Shown: positions 48,903 to 60,900 of the stretch, piece after piece
Layout: each line of letters starts with the position of its first letter
Numbering within the stretch: the first letter of the stretch is position 1
Origin: Macrostomum lignano
Taxonomy: Eukaryota
Direction: 5' to 3'
Assembly (NCBI GenBank): GCA_002269645.1
Contig: NIVC01000068.1
Coordinates: forward strand, 558,001-622,000
DNA: 64,000 bases
Translations under genes and position numbers: made by a program
The notes under the pieces: generated by a model
What the model saw: only the letters and a program-made list of their open reading frames with translations
Databases searched by the model: none
Told to the model about the DNA's origin: nothing

Positions 48903-51900
48903 ATGAAGGGGAAGGCACATCAAGCACATCAGCCAACTGCACCGATCCATGCCTTGAAGCAGTTCTGCCAGTACACTACGGCGCACGGCCTTGGTCGGTT
49001 CCGTTCGCAGAGCAGCGCCTATGGTCGCGTCATTTGGTTGGCCTTTCTAATTGGCACCTACAGCGGTTTTGCTTATCACATGTACACCCTATTCGACAGG
49101 TTCTTCAGCCTGCCGCTGCTTACCACCCTGACCACGTCGCTGGCCTATCGCTTCCCGGATGTGTACATCTGTCCAAACGACGCTTTGTCAATTAGCAAGC
49201 TCACGGACAGCTCAGCAGCACCGGAACTCAACTCCCTGCTCAACTGCGATACCAACTGCAAGTTGAACTTTCTGGTATTCGACATTGCCAACGCGGATCC
49301 AAGCACAGGGTGGAAGCGACCGCGGCTTGGCCAGCCAGCCCTGGCCCTGTCGGACACTCTGGCCGCCATTGAGACCGGACTCACGCACGAGTTTCGCTTC
49401 ATCATGCAGAAAGAAGGTTAGTTAAGGTACTTTGTTGACGTGTAAATGTTAAAATGAATCTCTGAAGATACACTTCGAGAACAAAAAATATACGATTCTT
49501 TACCGCACCCAGCCATGTCTAAGAAATTCGAGTGCAGCGTCCTTCTACTAAGGTTGTCCCTGGGTCGCGGGCTCCTGAAGAATAATACTTAGCTAGCTAT
49601 TTTCGAAGGGCCCTCGGCAGTAGTTTCAACGCGCTGATGGATGCTGTAAACCATATTTTATTCTACATTCAGAAACCTTGCAATGTCCTTGGGCACATGG
49701 TCCACAGTTCTGGGGCTGGTCTTGCGCCTCCTCCACAGTTGCAAATGAGGCTATGGGCCAAATTGAGGCTTGTTGGACCAAATTAAATGCTGCTGTGTCA
49801 GCCTTGCTACCATAGACAAAAGCTACGTGACATTGGCGAACGTATCTTGGATTAAATTCAGTGCGCATAAGCCCAAATGGACTGAAAAAGATATATTTAC
49901 ATTACTGCTACAGTCTATTGTCCGGTAGATTTCTGAGATTAAAACTTAATGTTCATCTTACATAATACGTTTTTATTTCAAGTTAAAAAAATGAAGTTAG
50001 TGACAAGAAAAAAACAAGAAAAAATTGTGTTTAAATGCCTTTGTTAAAAACGAAACACCTTAAAACGCTAGGTGAAATTCTTAAACTTGGTTTCAATGAT
50101 GTTTTAAATGAGGAAAATGATGCAACTAGCTCGTAGAACCCATTTTAGAATAGCATAAGAACTAAAATAATTGAACCTAAATAATGTCCGGAATGAAACG
50201 AAATTAAACGAACATAACGACATCATGACATTCCGCCCTGTACAGTTACCTCATGTACCAACTCCATCGACCGTGGCTGCTTGCCCAACGATCTATTCAA
50301 CCTTGGTTGGATTTGATTTAATAAAGTTTGTGCCCGTCGAAGGCTACAAGCGTATATGTTTAGTCAAGACGAGTGCGTTGAAAGGTCAGACTGGACCCAT
50401 AGAATCTTGTCGTAAAATAACATTTTCACATACTGATCGGTCGAACTTGCGGCTAGAAATAGTATAGCATTTTTCAAGCTATTTGAGCCTAGGAGCAAGC
50501 AATTTAATCCTTAGTGGAAAATCAAGCTATTGAAGACATGTTTTTCATTGTCTATGGCCCGAAAGGGGGTCTATGGAGCAACCAATTTGAGAATCTGGGC
50601 GCGAAATTAATCCTTTTCACAGTGCTCGTATATCTTTCACGAATAACTTCACTGAAATAACGTCTGCAAATAGATGGCATATCAAAAAACGATTGACATT
50701 AGCACTTTGATTTCATAGAAACCAATCAAAACAGGCCCGTGATTTCATAGCGACGCCTGATAGAATACACAGTTTTTCTCTTTACGTCCAGCCATCGCGA
50801 AATGTGCTCAGCACTATCACCTCTCTCGATGGCAGCGACAATCAGGTCGAACTTTTCGTTGCTTATCTTGCGATAGGGTTCTTGCCCTGCAGGATTCTTC
50901 TCATCCACTGCATCTTGGGCTGTAGCAGAACTTTGTCACTGCTTTTCTCGCTAAATTCTTCGTCTGCCATATCCATGTTTGTCTAATGAAATCTGTTGTT
51001 TTCTATGGTCTAAGGCTTGCACAACTACGGAAAGGATTAAAAGCGCCCAGGTTCTCAAATTGGTTGCTCCACAGACCCCCCTTTGGGCCATAGACGATGA
51101 AAAGCAAGTCTAAAATAGCTTGATTTTCCCACCAAGGCTCAATTGGCGTGAAAAATGCTATACTAGATTAACCATTTTAAATGCGTGCATAAATTTTCGG
51201 CTGTAGTGTAACAGAATTAGCATGCTTCCATGGGTTGACCTATTCTAGCCGGGAGAAAAGCACCACAAATTAAGTGGCACAGCAGCACTCTAAATATTGT
51301 TAAATTTCCGCCACTGGAGGGTCCCACGAGAATCAATAATTATTATTAATAGCCGGCCTATTTTGTTTCCTGGCTAGATAATAAAGTTACATAATAGTAG
51401 ATGGACAGCTTGAGTTCAGTTTTTTTAGCTCACGCAAGGCAGCCAAAAACGCTGCTGAGCAAACAGAGGCCAGAGGCAAATAAAAGGGCGAGGGTGACGA
51501 CCCCAGCCAGTCCACCATTCCAATGCACTTAGAGCCAAACCAACGCCGTAACTTCTAAAGCGGTCCTTGATCCCAACAACAGCTGTGTTTTCTGAACCAA
51601 TTTTGTTAAGATTTGCTTTATTGTTTGGGTTTCCTCATAGAGAGACTTGTTCTTAGAAAAAGAAGATAGGAGATAGGCCTGCTAGTCGTTGGTCGGTCGC
51701 ATTTCAAAAAAAAATAGCTTGATGAACTTGTGAGTGCACTTCGGACAAAACACTTGCTAACCTTCTTTGGAATACAGAAGTCCAGCATTTGGGATATTGT
51801 TAAGCTCTCCTTGGCAGCAACAACCGGTCTCCATTGAGTTGTCCATATACATGTAGTGACTCTGCATGCATTTCCTTAGTAGAAAAATTGCGTTCTCAAA

Positions 51901-54900
51901 CAGTTGATTTAAGGTTGATTGATAACCAATCGATTGGTTCTCTCTCATTGAATTAATACAATTAAATTGCACAGCTTCGTCCAGATCTATGGGTCAGAAC
52001 TGCCGCTTCACGGCTACCGGCGAGGAGTACTCTGGCAGCGTGGACGCAGCCGCCGTGTACTCTGATAGCTTCCTGACCGCGCCTGTCGATCGCACGCAAC
52101 AGCCTGATAACCAATCGACCTCGGATTTCGTGGCATCATTTCTGAATCGGCCAAGATGCCTGGCCTGGAGCGAGGCGGCTCGAAGGCTTGAACAAGTCCA
52201 AGGCCAGTTTCAGTCGTCTGCCCGACTGCTGGCGGAACGCATCCGGGCTTTGAACCTGTCGAATGAAGACAGACGATGTCGGAAACCCCCCGGACTGTCT
52301 CTGCAGAGCCTGCGTGATCTCGGAGTTGCTACGTGTAAGTTGCAGCTGGCAGACTCATGGTGTTGCGGATCTGTTGAATGTCGCTTATAGATTTTTGCAG
52401 TTACGTTTGTTTAGTACATGTAGGTTGGTTTTAGACACTGAGAGCAAGGGGTTCCATGTGTTCTCATATGACCTCCGAGCAACCAGGCTCCCGTACTTCT
52501 GAACTCTTATAGTAATACTAGGAACATTTCTTAAGCAGATACATAGAACCTTAGAGAATCGTTCACACTGACATCAACTGAGTCATGAATCATAGGTCGT
52601 ACCATTAATGTATATAAAAGAAATATATGTACAAGCCGTGTGATTTTGCAAAATCAGGGATAAATGGCCAGATATGCAACCGACAGCTCAGCCGCAGCTA
52701 TTGCGCGTCGCATCTGAAGGCTGCGTACGGCTGTTCAGTCCAAGGACTGGGGGGTCGCCACACACACAGCCTCAATTACCCCAGCTAATGCTGGCACCTA
52801 TTTTACAACTGGGTGAACTGAAGCAATACAGAGTTAATTGTGTCTTACTCAAGGACACAAATTGTTCCTAGTGGGTCGAGAAACTAAGCCCCGACCTTTC
52901 AGTCAATTGAGTCCGACGCTATAACCCCTCTAGGTCTCATTATGCTGTTGACAAACGTTAACTATAGTTACCTTTACGAGGTAATGATTATACTGAAAAG
53001 CGATCTTTGTTTTAATTTACAAATCGAAATTACAAGAAAATACAGAACTTATTTTGAATGCTTCGTTCGCTTATCCGTTTATCAGGAAGTCTTTCTTTAA
53101 CATATTTTAACGACAGACTCTGCTAGAAAGTACATCGGGTGCTTCTCGAAAAAATTTGCACTGAGCCGATTCCACCAAATGATGGACTGTTTTGATCAGC
53201 CAGCGAGATTTCTGTCACCGGAATTGTGCCAAAAGTGCTGCTATCGGAGAAACTTTACCCACATGGCGCTCGATCAGCAAATCTGTCTGTGTAGCTCGCT
53301 ATCTGATGCCGAAGATGATTATCAGCTGCTCAAACCGGTGCGAAATTCTAAGCCGGAGAAGTGCTCAACTTTTTGCGGTGGCGGCAACGGACCTGGCGTC
53401 TACTGCGGTGGTGGAGACAATTTCACCAGCGTTTACCGGATTCGCGAGTCGGGTGAGTCGCTTCCATATGCTTGGAATTTTAGAAACATTTTCGAAAACC
53501 CCTGTTAGTCACTTCCGCTAGCTCACAGCTGACGAGCTACACTAATTCGAAAATAAAATTTACACCTGTTCCAATCGAGCCAGATGTGCAACCGACAGCT
53601 CAGCCGCAGTTATTGCCCGGCGCATCTGAAGGCTGCGTACGGCTGTTCAGTCCAAGGACTGGGGGCCGCCACACACCCTCAATTACCCCAGCTAATGCTG
53701 GAACCCGTTTCACAGCTGGGTGAAGTGAAGCAATGCAGAGTTAAATTCCTTTCTCAAGGACACAAATTGTTCCGAGTGGGTCAAGAATCGAACCCCCAAC
53801 CTTTCAGTCGTGAGTCCGATACTCTAACCACTGGACTATAACCCCCCTCCCCCCCAATTAGATAATATTATACATGTATATCCAATAAATATTATTGCGA
53901 AAATATCACATTATAATTTAAAAAAGAAAACTAATAATCTAAAAAACGAAAACTGATCTATCTGCACATGCATGCCGTGACAACTACAGTATAGCAGAAC
54001 TCTACACCTGTTAATTGTTCAAATTTCAAGGGTTTGACCTAATGTCAAACTGCTAGCTTGCGATCCCCTATTTCTTCAGCTTGGAATCCGGTGTTTATTC
54101 CGCTCCGACCGGAAGCTGTTACATTTTTTGATGGCCCTTTCTGCTTCTACGACAGTGCACATGGACTCATGGCGGCTGCTAGCTGCAACATCCCCTACTG
54201 TGGTGAGTATGCTGAGTCTTCGGCCATGGGCTGCTCCAATCCAAAATTTTTATCAAATATTTGTTTTCAGAATGGATAGTCGTGTAGTGTAGATGTAGGG
54301 GCGCCGTATCCCTGTGCTCTGATATGCCAGCGGCCCAGGCTCGATTCCAAGTGCAGTTGCATTAATTTTCGGGCTAAATTGGAATTTCGGCTTGGCTCTG
54401 CTCATGGAATTAGCGCCCTTGAGGGCCAACCCCCAAGGCACAGTGAAGTGTACATGCCTAACGATAAATAAAGTTAGGGCCGCTGTACACTCCTGTGTGA
54501 GTGTGTGCCTGCGCGTATGACTGCAGACGTATCCGCGCGCTTGTACCCTTAGTACACTTACTACAATGTACCCAATCCTTACTCAGGCATACCAACAAAG
54601 TACGACTGCAGCATTAGCAGCAGTTTGGCTGGTACAAGAGCCGCCAAATCAGAGATCGACCACTTCAGCCATTACACTGGAGCGGCGAACCGAACCATGA
54701 CGGCAAGGCGCTGCCTAACCTGGGCTGATGTCAAGACAAATCTGGAATCCGGAGTCTGGAAAATCCTTGCCAACAATGCAGGGGGTCACGAATCGGCGCC
54801 TTGGTTCCGGCACGACCTGCCGTTTAGCAGTGAGTCCAGTGCATGCGGCTAGTGGGTGAGCAAGAAGGACGACTTCAGAAAAAAGACAAAGAAATTTGTT

Positions 54901-57900
54901 GCTTTTAAAAACTGCTTTTTTTCATGGGTTTTTGCAAAGCTTACTTTGTAATTGACTTTAGTGATTGTATAGTATGAGTTTGCACATATTCGGCTCACTT
55001 TTTATTTCGACCTGCTTATCGGGGGGAGGCCGTAGCCTGGCGGTCTAGCACGGCGCTCTGATGTGGCAGTGGTCCGGGCTTGACCCCAAGTACAGTCACG
55101 TTAATTTGGGGCTAAATTGGAACCTCGGCTTGGCTCTGCTCGTGCAATTAACGCACTTGAGGACCAACCCGGAACAGGAAAGTGTACATAGTAACTGATT
55201 ACACCTGCCCCATCTCACATCTGAAGGCTGCTTACGGCTGTTCAGTCCAAGGACTGGGGGTTCGCCACACTCACCCTCAATTACCCCAGCTATGCTGGCA
55301 CCCATTTTACAGCTGGGTGAACTGAAGCAATGCAGAGTGTCTTGCTCAAGGACACAATTTTTCCGAGTGGATCGAGAATCGAACCCCCGACCTTTCAGTC
55401 GTGAGTCCGACGCTCTAACCAATAGGCTACAGCGTTCCGGGCTTGACCCCAAATGTACTTTGTGTCCTTGACCCCCCGTGTACATGCCTAACGATAAATA
55501 AAGTTAGTGTCGCTGTACACTTCCGTGTGAGTGTGTGCCTGTGTGTATGACTGCAGACGTATATGCGCGCTTGTGTGCCTGCTCAGGGGAGTCGGTAGAA
55601 TGGGCGGGCAGTTGGCTGACAATGTTGCTTAAAGTGCGCCAGGGTGCAACATAGCCTTTTGCCTCTAATAAGAAATGCAATGTTTCACGCTACAGTAGTA
55701 TATTTTTCGTTGGGATTAGTTTTCATTATTTACCCATCAGCTTTATTAATCAGTCTAGCTATTTGATATAGTTTAATTGCTAAAATCTACATTTCTAAGA
55801 AATTATGTTTCCCGTTGAAAGGGAAAGAGCTCTGATTCAACTGTTGTTGTTGCCGACCCAGCTTGGTAACTGGTCGTTGGATCACCATGCAGGAGCCGAC
55901 TGGCTGCAACACGGCACAACTAGAAGCCACCTTTCCACTCGCTAGACAGATTCCAGTGCCAATACTTGACTCAGCTGCAGGGGGCTTCGTGCGTCTGGAA
56001 ACAGCGAGGAGGCGTTGCCGCACACTTTGCTAACCTCTGGCGACCACGGGCAGCTAGTGCTGCGGTGTCGCGCAGGGAGTTCCGGTGGTGCCGGTGTCTG
56101 CAGCGCGGTCCCCCTCCGGAGAGTCCAGAAGGTGGATGGTCGCTTGCCCGGTAGCCCTTAGGGTAGCGGACGAGCTGGCAGAGATTCTCGGGCCTGAAAA
56201 CGTCGGAGAGGTCCGGGTTTGGGCCGAGGTAGGTGAGCCTGTCCTGAGTAAACAGATGAAGGCATTCCCAGATGAAGTGCTCCGCATTCTCGACACCGGA
56301 GAGGCAGAATGGGCATTCCTCACTGCCGATCTCACTGACGATGCCTGGCAAAACAGCCATTACCGAGAGGGCCATGGTCACCGACCTGATGTCCCTGCAG
56401 TTGAGTCCAAGCAGGGGGCGGCCGACCTTACGCGCTACTTTTGAAATTCCAGCATTGGCGGCCAGCAGAGCTGGAGGTGCCTAACGAGTGCTTGAGACTG
56501 GTCCCAGAGGCCTACTGGACGTGGCGAACTTTAATACGGCTTCATGGAAATGATCGGCGTGAACGTTATTCGATGCTACCGGTTATCATTTTAAAACTCT
56601 TTAAAAACTGTAAACATACTGTAGATCAATAATGTTTTTGCACAGTTGTTCTCTTAGCAGTGTGGCCGTTTGTGTCCTCGCACTTCTCTGCTATGCAATG
56701 CATTAGCTATACAAGGGCTGAGAACACTTCTTATCACGGCTTCATCGGACATTCGCTTCGCGTCTTTAAATTAGAAATTTCCTAGCCAGTTATTTCTGAT
56801 CCCTATGGAGGATTTTCTTATCTGTTTTTTTAGGCAGAATAAATAAATGTAGCCATTAAGTCTTTTCGTGTTTCCCAATATGGCTGAATATAGCGAATAT
56901 ACTCGAATTGGATATTGTAAACCTTCAAGCGGAAGCTCTTGTAGGTTTCGTTCAGAAAACTTCCGTTCAGAATTCAATCAGATGGCCTCGCGTTTTTTAT
57001 TCCTGATGCTCTTTGGAATTAAAAAAATGGAATCTCCTTTCTTGTTTTTCAGTCAGAACATACCGAGTGCTCAACGTGCACATCGACATGCCCGACTTTG
57101 AGACGAGCAGCCAGCACAGCTTCTGTCGCTCTGTCATGGTTGTGATTGAAACTCTCTACACCCTGAGTAATGGCAGTCAGGTATTCCGGTGAGTTGCAAT
57201 TTGAACCAGGCCTTCTGGTCCTTTACTGTAACTAGACTTTAATTTTCCTGATTCCCGAATCCCTTGCAGCCGAGAGCCATTCCTCAGTTCAAGCAGGCCC
57301 GGCTGTTTCACACAAAAACATGGATATTTAGCCTTCGAGGAGTGCGAGATCGACAACTGCTGTAAGATTTTGTCTCTGAACAATATTTGACTGTTTCTAA
57401 TGGGAGTCATTATCACGCATTAGGCACCTGAGCACACCCACAAGAAGGATACAAGAAGCATACTAAAATGTTGAGTTCAGTATCTTAGAGACTTAGACGC
57501 TATTTTTTGAGAAAGTGATAGAACTTTTCATGAATTAAATAAAAAGCTACTTAATAAAACTAAGAACGATGCATGTACTGTAGAGACTACTCACGAAATT
57601 GAGTTCAGTAGTTGATTTTGATGTAACCGCCCTTGTCGCCCTCCGCTCCGTTGAGAAACGAACGCATGACCAGAGGGGGCAATGACCGTAGGCTGCCTAT
57701 GACCGGGCAATGACCTGACGGACCTCCAGCACCAGACTGTCCCGCCCACATGATTGATAGCTTTGGTAGCGCTTTCGTGACCAGAGGGCCAAGGACCCAC
57801 ATGGACCCCACCTGTAGCCAAGGTGCAATAGTTGGTCACTCGGTCAGAGCATGACCGAGTGGCTGCCACCACTCTAAGTGACCTGGCGCACCTGGATCTC

Positions 57901-60900
57901 ACTACCAGACCTCTCGAGGCTAGAGCCCCGCCTGGATTGGTTACCAGGGGATTTAGGCTAACAGGGGAGACACATGCAGCCGAGTACAGGGACTCTGCCT
58001 GGGGCATGATCGGGAACTCTGGGCTCAATCTGGAGGATTTCTCAGCAGGGGATCCTTTGTGGCTGTGAGCGAGGCTGACTTGCGGCTTTGATTACTAAGA
58101 GTAGTGTGAGGCGAACATGTACTGTCTATAGTTTAGATTGCTCAGGGCGAAGGGACGCGTCAGCATGGGGTTGCAACATTCCTACTGCCATTCTGTGCCA
58201 AGACTCGCTAATCCCCTCTACTGCACGCACACACGGCCCCGCAGCACGCACTCACAGGCGAGCTTTGCACGGGGAGAGGCCATTAGCTTACCCAAACTTC
58301 CTTATGCTTAGCCACCCAGGGAGAAGGCTTAGCAAGCCATGAGTGAAATGATGGTGAAAGTGTGAATAATGAGGAGTTTAGTAATGGTTAATAATTAGGC
58401 CCTTAGGCAAAATAATCAGGCAATTAGGCGACTTCACTATTGAATAAATACAGCAAATAATACGGTATCACAATTGGCTCAGCTCTCTAATCAAGCAATG
58501 GAAAATAGGCAAACCCCGGATAAGCAAGGCAATTAGAGCACAAATTAGTAACAGGAACTTACCGGCAGCTGCACAGAGAGAGAGAGAGAGAGAGAGAGAC
58601 GGAGTGACCGTGGGCGGCTGTTGGCTGCAGTCAGGCAGACTGTGAAGCGGCGATGCGCTGAAGCGGTGAGGCGCGGATGTAGTTCAGGCGATGCTGAAGA
58701 TGCTGTGCGGTACCAGACCGCGGACCGGCAGGTGAGCTCACTTGGGGAGCTGAGGTAACTTGGCGGTAACAGACCGCGGACCGGCAGAGGTTCGTCCTAT
58801 AGACGAATGGGTCAGATCAGTGTCTGACAGCAAGTCCAAAGAAGGACGAGGAGACGAAGATGTTGAGGATTCTCATGCCGAAAACCGCTTCCTTAAATAG
58901 CCTTCCCAGCCGCCGCTCCAAGATCGTTTCCATGACTCACTCTCTCTGATTGGCTGCCGGCAGAATGACGTCATAATGAGTCATGATGAGAAGCATGAGA
59001 ACGGCATAGCAACATGAGAAATGGGAAAATTGCGCAATCTGGGAGGAGGGGTGGGGGATAATTGGCGCAGCGGGAAGTCGCGAAAGTGTTGCACATGCAA
59101 ACATTGAGAACAATGGGGCTGGGGTCGAGAACAAAGGAAATAGAAATCGAGGATAATTGGGGAGAATCGAGAACAATAGAAAAGTAAACATTGGAGAAAA
59201 GGTGCTAATGGGGTGCGAAAACAAGAACAAAAGAAAGAGAAAATCCTGGAAAATGTGATAATTGGGTGCGAAAGGAGAACAAAAGAATCAAAAACGAGAA
59301 CAATAGAAGCGGAGGTGAGGTGGGTGCCGCATGAGAAATTTGGGGAGGAGAACAATGGCATGAGAAAATGTTGCGCAAGAGGGGGTGGTGTGAGTCATCG
59401 ATGAGTCATCGAGAGGAAAGAGGGGTCACAAGACTTGCGTCACCGTTTGGGAGTTTCAGTAGGAATGGGGTGACGGTGAGCGCACAAAGTACTGTCAGTA
59501 GATGCCAAAAGAAGGAGGGACAGCGCAGGAAAACAGTGCAAAAAGAGAAAAAAGATGGGAAGCGGGAAAAGTGCAAGATAGATAGGGTAAAGCGCATGAG
59601 AAATAGGGTAGCGGGTGAGGTACAGAGAGAGGTAGGGGCTCTGGAAAGGCATGTGTGGCGGCGCGGGAGACGGAGCCGAGGCAGCAAGGGGATGCAGCAG
59701 AGCGGGAGTCAGCAGGCCTGGTCAAAGACCTGGCCCAGTCTCGACGGCTCTGCTCAGGAGGTGCACGGAGATCGGAGGTACTTTTGAAAAATGTCCCCTA
59801 CCGTATCCCGCGACCAGAGCGTGGTTACATCAATTTTCGCAAAGTTTTTTACATTGGCTTTTATGGCCACATAAGTGGTTAATGAGTGCGTATATATGAT
59901 CTTTGGCTGTAGCTCATAGACGTTCAGTGCAAGTCTGGGAGTGCAATAAGCACTATGTTTGCTTTTTTGGCATTCTATGCCAGATTATTAAAATTTACTA
60001 CTCTTTTACTTACATAACAGCATTTTTTAAATTAAAACTCAGCGGATAATTATAGCCTGCTTTGTTATTACAACTTATTACTATTTTTTTAATAGTCCGG
60101 ATATCCAGATTGTGCTTCTGAGCAATCTAAATCTACAATCTCATGTCCAGATCACGCGGTGCCGAGTGTCACAGCCTCGCTGCGGGACTCTCTCGGAACT
60201 GCACTGCTGTCCAGGCAGTTCAGCAGCGGACTCGCCACCTCGCTGTCCAAATGCGTCTTTGGCGATCGCGCATGCGACAGGAGCCACTTCATGACCATGG
60301 TTCATCCAGAGTTGGGCCTGTGCCACAAGTTCAACTACGAAGCGTTTGCTAGCACAGGCAGTGGCACCTTGGCCAAGCTGTCAATCAAATACTTCTCGGA
60401 CAAGATGGACTCGTTCGGTCATTCGTACGAGAACTCCAGCAAGCTGGCTTACGCTGTACGCGACACTCGGCACAGGTCGGAGTCGCAGAGCGCTCTAAAA
60501 GTAGGTGCTGGACTTGCTTTGCAGTATATCTGTCGTATGTAGATAAGACCACTTTCCAGGTCTCTCTTAGTGTTTTATCTGACTGTTGACAGGAGTTCTT
60601 TATCTGACAAAAGTCATAAGTAGCAGTATGAGCAGCAGCAAGGTCCACGGGCCTCATGTGACCCGCAAAGCCTCTCTATCGGGTCTTTTGAAACTTCACA
60701 ATAGCAATCCGGCCCGCTCAAGGTTTGTGTCTCTTCTCAGCTCTCTTCTTTCTAATCTAAAAGCTTCTCTTTTCTCTCCTCTCCTCTCCTCTCCTCTCCT
60801 CTCCTCTCCTCTCCTCTCCTCTCCTCTCCTCTCCTCTCCTCTCCTCTCCTCTCCTCTCCTCTTCTCTTCTCTTCTCTTCTCTTCTCTTCTCTTCTCTCCT

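Noticed and set aside
51975-57361. Independent nested kringle/WSC gene
   Set aside because: No signal-peptide exon or terminal exon found, and both end phases match the host; less likely but not excluded without RNA data
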